54,636 bases of DNA from an uncultured Dehalococcoidales bacterium (GCA_964435915.1 CAYTAO010000004.1:226-54861), one strand, 5' to 3'; shown: positions 1 through 9,821, counted from the stretch's first letter. Notes: generated from the sequence alone by a model not told the origin. Numbers and translations: made by a program.

Positions 1-398
1 ATCCAGCCCGAAACATTGCCCGGCACCATTGGCGCGATCGGGCCCGTCTCAGCATTGAGGTGGTCATACATCTCTGGCTGTGCGGCATTTGGTGCGTGCC
101 CCGAGAAGTTCAACGCTCGTGTGCGGCCCTCTTTTGCGACGTAGACCATCCCGATGCCAATACCGCCTGATCCCGACATGTACGGTTCGGCGACATTGAG
201 CATGGCTGCTACTGCTACCGCGGCGTCGAAGGCGTTTCCACCGTCTCGCAGTACGTCCACACCGGCTCGAGAGGCGTACGGGTGTGCTGAAGCCACCATG
301 CCGATCTAACCGGTTGCCGGGGCACGAGTCGAACGCCCGTGGGTCGTGGCACCTTTAGGGAATATCGTGCTGGACTCGATATTGTCGACCTGATTCAC
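1..398 (-). pseudogene. Gamma-glutamyltransferase (Ntn-hydrolase) family, 5' part; runs off the window start; in-frame TAG at 306-308
   Basis: Manual translation from GTG at 398: VNQVDN...[54 protein letters not shown]...VPGNVSGW, a typical GGT N-terminus. It could instead start at ATG 299 as an intact but N-terminally shortened gene. Confidence 0.8.
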
Positions 399-1238
399 AG
401 TACTGGCCTTTCGATTCGCCTTCGCGCGTTGCTGATAAACCAGCCCCGAGAGCTGGTCGCGTGATTCAATTTTTTGTTTGTCGCTTCCGTAAGCCATTGA
501 GTAGTGGCCTTTATACCCGAAGTTTTCGAGACGTGTGAACAGATTTGTGAAGTTGAGATTGCCTTCACCGGGAACGAGATGGACCTCGTAGTCGCCGGCA
601 TTGTCGGCGAGCCGTACCTCGCCGATGCGATCAATTCCGAACTCATTGAGAAAGCCATCTATCCCATCAGGGACCAGATGCGAATGGTTGGCAGTGAACG
701 CCCAGCCCAAATACTCGGCTGGAATCTCATCAAAGTACTCTCGAAGCTCTTCAACGGTATGGGCTATGTAGTGTATTTCGGCCCTGTCGGGTTCGAAGTT
801 CAAGTTCTCGAGCAAGATTCGCTGTCCGGTGTCGGAACCGTACTTGCTGATTCGTTTCAGCCGCTCGATCGAGGCCTTTTTTCGCTCGGGTATGTCACCT
901 GAAAAGTGATATCCGGCGTGCACAACCGTCCATGCGCAGTCGAGTTGGTTGGCGAGATCGACACTCGCTCGCATGTACTCCTCAACGGCACGCGAAACGT
1001 GTGGCGAGAACTCAGCGACGTTTACGGCTGAAAGAGTGTGCAGTCCTATGGAAATACCATTCGATTCGCATATTTTCCGAACTTCGCGCGATCGCTCGGG
1101 TGTGAATGTGTCCATGTGATTGGGACCCGCGTCGGCGTTGAAATCAAGAAAGAAAAACTCGTTATCAATCGCCCACTGAATGGCGTCTTCCAGCCGAGTT
1201 TTTCCAGCGTCGAAACCTATTCGATCCTTCAACGACAT
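306..1238 (-). CDS. Sugar phosphate isomerase/epimerase (xylose isomerase-like TIM barrel); C-terminal ~40 aa probably read-through into the GGT N-terminus
   Basis: VVHAG, ILLENL, HSHL and DNAGDYEVHLVPGEG metal-binding motifs of AP_endonuc_2-type proteins. Confidence 0.8.
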   Translation of the reverse strand: MSLKDRIGFDAGKTRLEDAIQWAIDNEFFFLDFNADAGPNHMDTFTPERSREVRKICESNGISIGLHTLSAVNVAEFSPHVSRAVEEYMRASVDLANQLDCAWTVVHAGYHFSGDIPERKKASIERLKRISKYGSDTGQRILLENLNFEPDRAEIHYIAHTVEELREYFDEIPAEYLGWAFTANHSHLVPDGIDGFLNEFGIDRIGEVRLADNAGDYEVHLVPGEGNLNFTNLFTRLENFGYKGHYSMAYGSDKQKIESRDQLSGLVYQQRAKANRKASTVNQVDNIESSTIFPKGATTHGRSTRAPATG

Positions 1239-1310
1239 TCACGTGTTCCTTTTCTTGTGTGCGGCAGTGCCGATGTTTTTACAAATTCTTCCAGGCGATG
1301 AACCGTTCGT

Positions 1311-2750
1311 TTAGCTCCAGTTCTCGTAGAGTCGGCTGTTTTCGAGATTTATCACCTCGTATAGGAGTCCACTGGCTGCCGCTGCATCCTTGCCATCTTC
1401 GAGCACCAGCCACGTACCGCCTCTACCAATCGCCCTGCCGTTGAGCATGATCAACTCACCGCCGACCAACGACATTGATGCCTTCCCTGTTCTCGGGTTC
1501 ACTATCGTTACGTCGGCATCAGCGCCTTCGGAGAAATGTCCCTTGTTAAATAGCCCTAGCATCTGTGACGGCGTATAACTGAGCTTGGTAACGGCTTCAT
1601 TCATGCTGAGTGCACCGAAAGCCACAAGCGCCATAGACCGCTCGATAGCCACGTTTCGTGGTAGCGACCCGCCATCGGTCGATATAGCGTCGACCCGGAA
1701 CGTCCCATCGTCGTATTTTGCGGTCGCAAGGCTAAAAGCACTGGTCGGCGGGTTCACAGGGAAGCTGAGAGAAGCATCGGTCGAAGCGGTCTCCCAGATA
1801 TCGACTGCTTCCTGCCCGGTAACCAGCACTACTCGACCGCCACGTTCAACAAGTGCAGATCCATAGCCATCGAGAAGCGCAGTTTTCACTCCTTCGTCGG
1901 TCGTTGGATAGCCTCGTGCCTTCAAGCAATTCTGGGCGACGTTGTAGACGAGATCGCCGTTCTCATCGCACTTCCCATTCGTACCGTTCGCCTGTGCTAG
2001 GTACGCCTCGGTGACCCACTGCGAGCGCATCTGCTCGATGATCCCGAGTGCTTCCTTCACTTCCTCCTGCGGGTCGTCGATCATGCCGCGCGTGTACGAA
2101 TTGATGTGCGCTACGTGTAGACGACCTTTGCCAGTGATCCCCGGCACCTCTCGAAGCCCGGTCATATCGCTACCGGAATCCTTGGTACCAACGTGGAAAG
2201 CCACCCAGGCAAGGTGGTCGTTGGCGGCATTTACAACGTTGCTGGAAGCTTCCGGTGTAAATGGATGGTAGCCGCCCAGCATTTTCACCCCGATTCCGCC
2301 ACGCTTTTTGACGTCGGCGATCACATCTGTGAGAGTCGCGGATCTCGGGTCGTCTTCTGAAATAGTAGAGTGCGGCACAAGGCCCATCAGCGAAGCAACG
2401 ATCCGACCCGCCCCGCGCGTAACCATGCCCTCCGCCATCGCGGTCGGGTCGCCAGCAAGATCGAGAGCCGTAGTGGTTCCCGATTCGACGAGCATGGCGT
2501 GTCCGAGTGCCCTATCGACACTTCTGTTGAACGGACTCGAGAGATGGGCATGGGTGTCGATATGGCCCGGCATTACCATCTGGCCAGAAACATCAACGAT
2601 GTCATCGGCTTGCTCAAGTGCGATGTTTTCGGCCACTAAAGCAATCTTGCCGTGCCGAATCCCAACGTCGAATTGACCGTCGATACTGTTTTTCGGGTCA
2701 ACTACTCGGCCGCCCTTGAGTACCGAATCAAATTTCTGAGAAGTTACCAA
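1311..2750 (-). CDS. Metal-dependent amidohydrolase (dihydroorotase/FwdA-like), paralog 1
   Basis: LKGGRVVDP, PGHIDTHAH, AISTDGG and GADADVTIV motifs. Start moved to TTG 2750 to match the paralog length; the ORF-track extension to 2897 is a low-complexity intergenic stretch. Confidence 0.85.
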   Translation of the reverse strand: MVTSQKFDSVLKGGRVVDPKNSIDGQFDVGIRHGKIALVAENIALEQADDIVDVSGQMVMPGHIDTHAHLSSPFNRSVDRALGHAMLVESGTTTALDLAGDPTAMAEGMVTRGAGRIVASLMGLVPHSTISEDDPRSATLTDVIADVKKRGGIGVKMLGGYHPFTPEASSNVVNAANDHLAWVAFHVGTKDSGSDMTGLREVPGITGKGRLHVAHINSYTRGMIDDPQEEVKEALGIIEQMRSQWVTEAYLAQANGTNGKCDENGDLVYNVAQNCLKARGYPTTDEGVKTALLDGYGSALVERGGRVVLVTGQEAVDIWETASTDASLSFPVNPPTSAFSLATAKYDDGTFRVDAISTDGGSLPRNVAIERSMALVAFGALSMNEAVTKLSYTPSQMLGLFNKGHFSEGADADVTIVNPRTGKASMSLVGGELIMLNGRAIGRGGTWLVLEDGKDAAAASGLLYEVINLENSRLYENWS

Positions 2751-2843
2751 TAGTCCAGATCCCTGCCTTGAGCGGTTAGTGTGTCGCGTTTGGGCGAATT
2801 TTGAATTGCGTACGGGGATTCTACAGAGGCTTGCTAGTTTGTA

Positions 2844-2904
2844 GTAACGGGGGCGTAACGAAAGCGGTAATCGAACGGTAACGGTTACGGTAACCACTCC
2901 GTAA
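2844..2904. promoter_or_regulatory. Six phased GTAA direct repeats in a divergent intergenic region; candidate transcription-factor binding array
   Basis: GTAA starts at 2844, 2855, 2867, 2878, 2890 and 2901 (spacing 11,12,11,12,11). Confidence 0.4.
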
Positions 2905-3053
2905 TTTTCACTGTCCGAATATACCTATATCGAAGGCGTGCCAAGGGATTCAGAAATAACTAGAATGGTTGCCTGCCGCATGTTGCGAATGAATCTCTTG
3001 GCACGTTTTCGCGTCAGAAGCCTGAGAATTGAAGACAAATGGAGAAATAATTA

Positions 3054-3849
3054 ATCTCGAACAAATGACTCCTGCTCGCGATGATGTTTGGACTTATCGT
3101 ACTGGCAATTGCCGGATGTATTAGTGGAGGCGGTGAATAGGAAACCGCACCAGTAACCACAAAACGACCATCGCATCTACAGTGTCTCCCGGGCCGTCAC
3201 CAACGACGAAACCCAGTGCTTCCGGATCTACATCCACGCCCGTTCCCGGTGATGAAAAATTGATATCGAGAACAGGCATGCTTGAAGTACGAGTGACAGA
3301 GGCACCGGATCCTTTGATCACCGTTGTATATGTAACAACCGACAACATCGAGGTTTCGGCTACCAGCGAAGGCTGGATCTATGTAATCGATGAAGAGATC
3401 ACGTTCGAGTTAGTTGACGATTTCAAGGTCGATAAATGCCTGGTAGGCGGGCAACGCCAGGGCTTCCTGTTCAAACCAGTCATTAAGCTCGCGTCACGTG
3501 ATCCGGGTGAGATCGGCGATGAAACTGTTGAGCTAACCGACAAGCACGAAAAGCGAATCCAATCCCTCGACCAGTACCGATGAGAGTTACTCCGCCGGCG
3601 CAGCCAACGGCTGTTCCGGCAACAGCGACCCCGGTTCCGCCAACGTCGGCATCAGAACCAACAGCAACGCCGACCGCTACTCCTGACGCGATTGGCGCGT
3701 TCTTCCTCGACATCCTTGAACCGGTAGATGGAATTGAAGTCGTATCGGTAGACAGATTCGAAGTGATCCGCAGAACTTCTGTTGATGCACTTGTATCCGT
3801 GCAACGACACGTTCGTTCGGTGCCGGCACTTATCGTGGGGCAGGTCTAA
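3054..3849 (+). pseudogene. Degraded lipoprotein (DUF4382-like segment, Pro/Thr-rich linkers, C-terminal Ig-like segment)
   Basis: GGAG RBS at 3041. Frame reads (atc)SNK*LLLAMMFGLIVLAIAGC-ISGGGE* (lipobox; stops at 3066 and 3138). Later pieces in other frames: GMLEVRVTEAP, PTAVPATATPVP, FLDILEPVDG...TSVDALVSV. Confidence 0.6.
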
Positions 3850-3868
3850 ACTCCGCGTCTTACAACTG

Positions 3869-5140
3869 ATGATGACAACCTCAGAAACAACATCTTCGAA
3901 TCACCACGATTCCTCCGACCAGAAAGGCCGTCCGGGCTTTGACGCCCTGATCGTCTACGCAGGAAGAGGCTTGCGAGATATGGGGCGAGGTCTGATCGCC
4001 GTAATTCTGGCGATCTATCTTGCTGAAATCGGGCTCTCCATTCCGCAGATCGGTCTCGTATTGGGTGCCAGCCTGGTCGGGGGTTTCCTGTTTTCGATAG
4101 TTGTTATGTTCACTGCGAACACGATCTCTCGGCGCAACTGGTTCGTGATTATTTCGGTGATTACAGCGCTCGCAATCCTCATGTTGTTTTTCACTGAAAA
4201 CGTCTGGCTGATCGGGCTCGCATCCTTCTTTGGATCGTATGCAGGTAGCGGGATGCACTGGGGACCGAGTCTCCAACTCGAACAGTCGTCGCTGACTGAA
4301 GTTACGAACTCCCAGTCTCGTACCCGCGCGTTTTCGAATCTGTCCGTATCGTCAGCCAGTGGCAGAGCAATCGGCAGCGCGCTAGTCGGTGTCGCCACAT
4401 ATTTGATAGCTGGTCGTGACTGGGAAGTGGTCGACGCCTACAAAATTCTTCTTGCCATATATCTGGGCATCAACCTGCTTAATGCCGCCATATACCTCGC
4501 ATTATCGCCGGCAGTTGAATCGAAAGCCAGCACGGGTGCTTTACTTGTGAATCCGCTCAAGACGCCCTCCAGAAAGCCGATTCTGAAGTTGTCGGGTCTG
4601 TTCGGTGTCGATTCTTTTGCGGGCGGGATGATCTTCGACGCCTTCTTCGCTCTGTGGATGCTCGAGAAGTACGGCATGAACGAGGGGATGATCGCTGCCA
4701 TCATGATAGCCACCCAAGGGCTGAATCTGGTTTCTATATGGCTGGCGCCCTCAGTTGCCAGACGCATTGGGCTGCTCAACACGTTCGTCTGGACCCAGGT
4801 TGCCTCGAATATCTGCCTGATAGCGTTTGCGTTCGCACCGGGTGCGATTATTGCGGCGAGCATCTGGATGCTTCGCGGAATATTCGACGAAATGGACGTA
4901 CCGACGAGGCAGTCGTATATGATGGCCCTTGTGCCACCAGAAGAACGTACGGTGATGGCAGGATCAGCAAATCTGGGGCGAGGACTGGGTCGAATGCCCA
5001 GTTCAACCGTGACCGGGTTTCTCTGGGCCGGGGCGTACACCGTCGCTCCCTGGCTGGTCGGTGGCGGTCTGAAGTTGGTATACGATTTCGCCATCTACTT
5101 CTCGTTCAGGAACGTGAAGGTACCCGACGATATCGATTAA
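3869..5140 (+). CDS. MFS transporter
   Basis: About 12 hydrophobic segments; LFGVDSFAGG and MDVPTRQSYMMA motifs; likely start ATG 3869/3872. Confidence 0.9.
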   Translation: MMTTSETTSSNHHDSSDQKGRPGFDALIVYAGRGLRDMGRGLIAVILAIYLAEIGLSIPQIGLVLGASLVGGFLFSIVVMFTANTISRRNWFVIISVITALAILMLFFTENVWLIGLASFFGSYAGSGMHWGPSLQLEQSSLTEVTNSQSRTRAFSNLSVSSASGRAIGSALVGVATYLIAGRDWEVVDAYKILLAIYLGINLLNAAIYLALSPAVESKASTGALLVNPLKTPSRKPILKLSGLFGVDSFAGGMIFDAFFALWMLEKYGMNEGMIAAIMIATQGLNLVSIWLAPSVARRIGLLNTFVWTQVASNICLIAFAFAPGAIIAASIWMLRGIFDEMDVPTRQSYMMALVPPEERTVMAGSANLGRGLGRMPSSTVTGFLWAGAYTVAPWLVGGGLKLVYDFAIYFSFRNVKVPDDID

Positions 5141-6570
5141 CCGCGACCGGCGTAGATCATCGCCTGAGTTATATCGAGAAGCTGGTAGTCGATTCCGGTG
5201 GCCAACACAGCCTTTTCACCCCGCTCGGTCGTGAGAATCGCCCCGCCCGATCCGACGACCCTGCCAGCCATCATGATCAGGTTTCCACCTACAATTCCGT
5301 AGGTTGCCTTGCCTGCATCAGGATCGATCACCGTCAGGTCGGCGTCTTTACCTTCGGAAAGCCTCCCTTTCGAGCCCAGTCCCATCATTTTTGCAGGGTT
5401 AAGGCTCAGTTTGAGAACCATTTCGAGCGGTTCAAGAGCTCCAAACTTCACAAGTCTCATCGCCTGCTCGATATTCACGTTGCGCGGTAGTGCACCGGCA
5501 TCACTTCCGATCGCGTCGATGATGAACTCGTTCTCGGAGTTTTTCGCGGCCGTGAGCTGAAAAGCTGATGTAGCGCTGTTCACTGGGAAGCTCAGAGAGA
5601 CATCCGTTTTACCTTCGTCGAACAGCTGGACACCTCGTTCACCCGTCACAAGAGCCAGCCCGGTGCGAGTCTCCTCAACAGTCGACGCGTAGCCGTCACG
5701 AAGCGCAGCTCTAATCCCTTCGTCGGTCGTTTCGTAGTTCTGAAGTCGCAGGCAGTTCCCAACAACATCGGCCAACACGTTGCCGTTCTCGTCACATTTT
5801 CCAAGAGTGAAGTTTGGTCGCGCGAGGTGAACCTCCGAAACGACCTGGTCCCTCAGGTCATCGACGATGCTCAGTGCTTCATGAATTTCTTCTTCGATCG
5901 AAAGAATTGATCCCCGGGTGTAGGCATTTATGTGGGCGATATGGAGCCGCCCTGTGTTGCCGAGTATTCCGGGAATCTCGCGCAGTCCATCGAGCCTGGA
6001 GCCGGTTCCGGTGGTTCCAACGTGAAAAGCCACGTACGCTGCCATCTTGTTGGCAGTAGAGATAAACCTCGCCGTTTCGTCCGTGGTGAACGGGTAGTAG
6101 CCACCCCATAGCTTGATTCCGAGAGATCCAGCCTCCAACGCCCTCTCAACGATCTTGTCAATCACGTCAGGACTCAACCGGCCCTCTGGTACCGTCTCAC
6201 CCGGCTTGAGGTAGCCCAAACTGCCGACGTTCACCCCGGAGCCCCGTGCCGCCACGCCAGCTACCAGTGTTTCCATACTTCCGCCGAGGTCGATAACCGT
6301 CGTTGCGCCGGCTGCCGCTACCATTTGAAGTCCCAGGCCACTGATACGCCCCATATCAGAAGCATTCGCTACATGAACGTGCGTGTCGATCATTCCCGGC
6401 ATGACCCATTGACCGACCGCGTCGATCGAGTCCTGAGCCTGCGCCGGATCAATGTTTGGCTCGATCCGTTCGATCACGCCGTTGGTAACAGCCACGTCGG
6501 CCGTTTCATCGCGGCCCGATTCGGCATCGAGGACCCTTCCGTTTCGAATTAGTAGATCGTAGTGAACCAA
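5137..6570 (-). CDS. Metal-dependent amidohydrolase, paralog 2
   Basis: YDLLIRNGRVLD, PGMIDTHVH, AIGSDAG and GKDADLTV motifs; colinear with paralog 1. Confidence 0.9.
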   Translation of the reverse strand: MVHYDLLIRNGRVLDAESGRDETADVAVTNGVIERIEPNIDPAQAQDSIDAVGQWVMPGMIDTHVHVANASDMGRISGLGLQMVAAAGATTVIDLGGSMETLVAGVAARGSGVNVGSLGYLKPGETVPEGRLSPDVIDKIVERALEAGSLGIKLWGGYYPFTTDETARFISTANKMAAYVAFHVGTTGTGSRLDGLREIPGILGNTGRLHIAHINAYTRGSILSIEEEIHEALSIVDDLRDQVVSEVHLARPNFTLGKCDENGNVLADVVGNCLRLQNYETTDEGIRAALRDGYASTVEETRTGLALVTGERGVQLFDEGKTDVSLSFPVNSATSAFQLTAAKNSENEFIIDAIGSDAGALPRNVNIEQAMRLVKFGALEPLEMVLKLSLNPAKMMGLGSKGRLSEGKDADLTVIDPDAGKATYGIVGGNLIMMAGRVVGSGGAILTTERGEKAVLATGIDYQLLDITQAMIYAGRG

Positions 6571-6684
6571 GAAGTAATTCCTTACCCAATTTACGATTTA
6601 TGCGTCAGAATTGAACGCAGTTTATTCACTAATTACCAAACCTGAAGCCATCGCGACATCGATCGCTGGGCTAATGATCTCGAT

Positions 6685-7290
6685 TTGTATACAAAACCAG
6701 TACCTGTAATCCAGCTCCGAACAAGCCTCACACTCGGTGCGCTCATCGGTCTCGCGGTTGTGCTTGCCAGTTCGATATCGCTGTTGTACGCGCAGGACAC
6801 CCAGACCGAAGAGGCCATTGTTGGCTACCGAATCATCGGCGAGGATGTCGTTGGACCGTACACGATCCAGGCCCAGGTGAGTCCGGTCGCTCCGATACCC
6901 GGTATTTCACGGTTCGCAGTGCGAGTGCGAGATGCCGTCAGTGGTGAAGATATTCCCGTCGCGATTGTGCGCATTTTTGCGACGCCTTCGGAAAAGGGCG
7001 AAAAACAGTACTCGCCGGCACTCAATTCGCCATTCGACCCGGTGTACTACCTGGCGCAGCTCGATGTGGATCACCCCGGAGTATGGGCTATCGATATAGA
7101 AGTAGAGTCTGAACTCGGAACCGGGGCTACCGTGATGTCGATTTTGGTAGCGGACCGGAGTCGGAGCGCAGAAAGCTGGGCTGCAGGACAGGCGCTATTT
7201 GTGCTAGTTACACTTTCGTTTGTCGTTGGTATTTCGTGGGTCTGGTACTCGTCAAAAAAAGCACTCAAGCGTCGAGATCAGCAACGCTAG
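6685..7290 (+). CDS. Exported/membrane-anchored hypothetical protein (possible YtkA/FixH-like Ig fold)
   Basis: N-terminal signal-like helix, beta-rich core ending PGVWAIDIEVES, C-terminal TM helix with basic tail. Confidence 0.65.
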   Translation: MYTKPVPVIQLRTSLTLGALIGLAVVLASSISLLYAQDTQTEEAIVGYRIIGEDVVGPYTIQAQVSPVAPIPGISRFAVRVRDAVSGEDIPVAIVRIFATPSEKGEKQYSPALNSPFDPVYYLAQLDVDHPGVWAIDIEVESELGTGATVMSILVADRSRSAESWAAGQALFVLVTLSFVVGISWVWYSSKKALKRRDQQR

Positions 7291-7510
7291 CCAGATATCG
7301 TGAGAATTTCTGGTTGCGGTATCGGGGGCTCACTTTCAGTACGAGCAGGGTTAAATTTCTTGACCGACCGTGTTCGCAGTGATACTTTTGCCCCATCTTT
7401 CCGTGGTGCGCGACAACCAATAAGGAACCGGCTTTCCCGGTGCGTCGTCAGCGCACCCAGTAAGGCGAAATCGGGTTCAATCTCCAATTTCGACTAAATA
7501 GGAGCACGAT

Positions 7511-8284
7511 ATGACAGAACCAGTACCTTTTGAGGCCGAAGAGATCACTCCCAACGAGGGTGGGCGAGGGATAGTCGCTGAATCAGCGCCGTTCGTGGCT
7601 TCAGTTGAACGACTGATAATCAGAGTTCGCAGCGCGAAGCTCAACGATCATGGTCAAATGATAGAGAACCTAGAGGCGTGGATCGACCGAGCCATGCATG
7701 GTGGAATGGATGTTCTGCGAGATGGAGATAAGATCCTAGCTACCCTGAACGCCAACGTTGGCGAAATGATTCACTCTCGCACAATGCTGCGAAGAATCGT
7801 GTCGCCGATGGTTGGCCTGACTCTCCTGGCTGGTGCTCTTGCCGCAACCACGGTGACAGTTTCGGGTGTCGAGGCGCTGTTCTTATCGACTCCACTTGAG
7901 ATCGTGTTTGCAGCGGTCATCTTCGGTATCGCCGGTAGCGCGTTTGCAGTATTGCTTCGCACGGTAACCATGCAGCTTGAGTACACAGAAAAAGTGGCGT
8001 TGTTCATGGTTGGACTTGCACGTCCTCTGGTTGGTGGAGTCCTTGCTCTGGCAGTGTTCGCATTGTTCGGTGCCGGAATCATCTCGCTTCCGTTGGTCTC
8101 CGATCAGGAAACAACTACCCGAGTGTCATTCCTGGCTGGTAGTGGTGGAAGCGGAATCTTCGCCGGTCAGCTGGCACTGTTTGCTTTCGCATTTGCTGCA
8201 GGAATCTCAGAAGGATTCCTCACACCCCGCCTTTCACGAGGTGTCGCTCGAGTAGCTGACAAGTTCAGCACGATGACTCAGTAA
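7511..8284 (+). CDS. Hypothetical integral membrane protein
   Basis: AGGAG RBS at 7500-7504; about 4 TM helices; ARPLVGGVLA and FAFAAGISE motifs. Confidence 0.75.
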   Translation: MTEPVPFEAEEITPNEGGRGIVAESAPFVASVERLIIRVRSAKLNDHGQMIENLEAWIDRAMHGGMDVLRDGDKILATLNANVGEMIHSRTMLRRIVSPMVGLTLLAGALAATTVTVSGVEALFLSTPLEIVFAAVIFGIAGSAFAVLLRTVTMQLEYTEKVALFMVGLARPLVGGVLALAVFALFGAGIISLPLVSDQETTTRVSFLAGSGGSGIFAGQLALFAFAFAAGISEGFLTPRLSRGVARVADKFSTMTQ

Positions 8285-8303
8285 TTCGAAAACAGCGAAA
8301 ACG

Positions 8304-8345
8304 AAAAGGCCGGTTTCGTAACTTACGGGATCGGCCTTTTTATTT
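8304..8345. terminator. Bidirectional intrinsic terminator
   Basis: AAAAGGCCGGTTTCGTAA-C-TTACGGGATCGGCCTTTT long hairpin with A and T tracts, between convergent ORFs. Confidence 0.8.
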
Positions 8346-8346
8346 G

Positions 8347-8487
8347 TCAGTTTCTGTATGGCGGTTGGCTATAACTCTGAACCGATTGCGGCTCGTCAAT
8401 CACCGGCACGTCATCTGTAAGCGCCCAGAAGTTCACAGCGGCTGTAACGACCTGCAATATTGCGAGAACGATGGACATCCCTTTCAT
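8347..8487 (-). CDS. Possible small membrane or secreted protein (~46 aa)
   Basis: MKGMSIVLAILQVVTAAVNFWALTDDVP...; one hydrophobic helix; stop lies directly at the bidirectional terminator. Confidence 0.4.
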   Translation of the reverse strand: MKGMSIVLAILQVVTAAVNFWALTDDVPVIDEPQSVQSYSQPPYRN

Positions 8488-8633
8488 CGACGAACCGCGT
8501 CGTACGCGGGGGTGCTGACTCCAGGCTCCTACTTCTGCCGCGATACTTTCCATTCGTGAGCCGAGCATCGATTCGCTTGCTGGCGTTATTCAGATCCTCA
8601 CCGGGAATTGTTTGAGTCAAGCAACGTTCAGGT

Positions 8634-9665
8634 CTAGCCCTTGAAATTCGCAAGCTGGTCGGCAAACGTGAACACGGCCGGTAGCCCACCCGTGTGGAGG
8701 AAGATGACTGTTTCATTGTCGTTAAATCCTCCTTCAGCGACCTGGTCGATCAGTGCGGCCATCGCCGTTCCCGTGTAGTTCGGGTCGCAGATAATCGCAT
8801 CGGTCTGTGCAGCGATATGGATCGCCTCAGCGACCTGCGCGGTCATCACGCCGTAGCCCTCGCCAACGTACTGGTCGAGTATTCGCATATCGCTTTCTGT
8901 GAACGTTACGGGTAGGTCGAGCAGTTCCTGAATGTCTTCGGTGTGCTGGAATATGTATTCGCTCAGCGGGACATCGTAGTTCACTGTCACACCTGTGAAC
9001 TTCCAGTCGAGTCCCATCGACTTGGCTGCGATGATTAAGCCAGATATCGAACGACCCGCAACGCCGATGATGTGGACGTTTTTGAGATTGTTTTTTTCGA
9101 TCTGCTCAAGAATTTCAATACCGGCCTGAACGAATCCGACCATTCCGACTATTCGCGGGAACAGGTGCTCTTGAATCAGGTAGGGCTTGTGTCCTTCGCC
9201 TTCGAGTTCTTCTTTCAGCCTGGTTGCGTAGCCTTCTGCGTCCCCTGACTGGTATTCATCGAGCAGGTGCAGTTCGGCTCCGAGGATCTTGTCGATCAAC
9301 AGGTTGCCCTGCACGTTTCGGTTTGCGGCGTTCTTGAGAATGAGAATGTAGCGCATCCCGATCTTGTTGGCTGCTGCTGCCGTCATTCGGGCGTTGTTCG
9401 AGTGATAATCCATGATGTTGAGCATCACGTCGTAACCCTCATCGGCAATATGCGGCATCTCGTATTCGTAGTGACGAGCTTTGTTACCGCCAAATGCAAG
9501 ACCGGTCATGTCTTCGCGTTTGATCCAGATATTCGGACCACCGAGTCGTTCGGTCAGGCGCGGCATTTCTTCGAGAGGGGTCGGCAGATGGGCAAGTCGT
9601 AATCGAGGAATCTTGTCGATGTGGGACTGAAGTTCAGCAGGCGTGAGGATTTTTGTTGTGGTCAT
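8634..9665 (-). CDS. PLP-dependent D-cysteine desulfhydrase/ACC deaminase/cysteate sulfo-lyase family, paralog 1
   Basis: LPTPLE, KREDMTGLAFGGNK (PLP Lys), DPNYTG, FLHTGG. Confidence 0.88.
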   Translation of the reverse strand: MTTTKILTPAELQSHIDKIPRLRLAHLPTPLEEMPRLTERLGGPNIWIKREDMTGLAFGGNKARHYEYEMPHIADEGYDVMLNIMDYHSNNARMTAAAANKIGMRYILILKNAANRNVQGNLLIDKILGAELHLLDEYQSGDAEGYATRLKEELEGEGHKPYLIQEHLFPRIVGMVGFVQAGIEILEQIEKNNLKNVHIIGVAGRSISGLIIAAKSMGLDWKFTGVTVNYDVPLSEYIFQHTEDIQELLDLPVTFTESDMRILDQYVGEGYGVMTAQVAEAIHIAAQTDAIICDPNYTGTAMAALIDQVAEGGFNDNETVIFLHTGGLPAVFTFADQLANFKG

Positions 9666-9796
9666 TGTGAAGGTGCCGGTGGCACTATTTCTCTGAATTG
9701 AAATTTGTCGACCGATTCGAGAATTGTAGAGGTGAACTGTGACCTATGCAGTGCGAGCTATACGGGGATTCGGCTAGGGTAGCGAGATCATGCGAC

Positions 9797-9821
9797 TGTC
9801 ACCCCGATGAAAATCGAGGTC
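9797..9821 (+). repeat. TGTC-tagged REP-like hairpin
   Basis: TGTC-ACCCCGAT-GAAA-ATCGAGGT-C, 7/8-bp stem, 23 nt before the GIY-YIG relic. Confidence 0.55.

Noticed and set aside
2751-2897. 49-aa N-terminal extension of amidohydrolase 1
   Set aside because: Produced by the GTAA repeat array and absent from the paralog.
3590-3690. Pro/Thr/Ala-rich quasi-repeats
   Set aside because: An ordinary low-complexity lipoprotein linker inside the pseudogene.
4654-5490. Long alternative-frame ORFs (also 10820-11530, 17604-18350, 38408-39244, 41223-41846, 48026-48751)
   Set aside because: Shadow ORFs overlapping well-supported genes, with no recognisable motifs.
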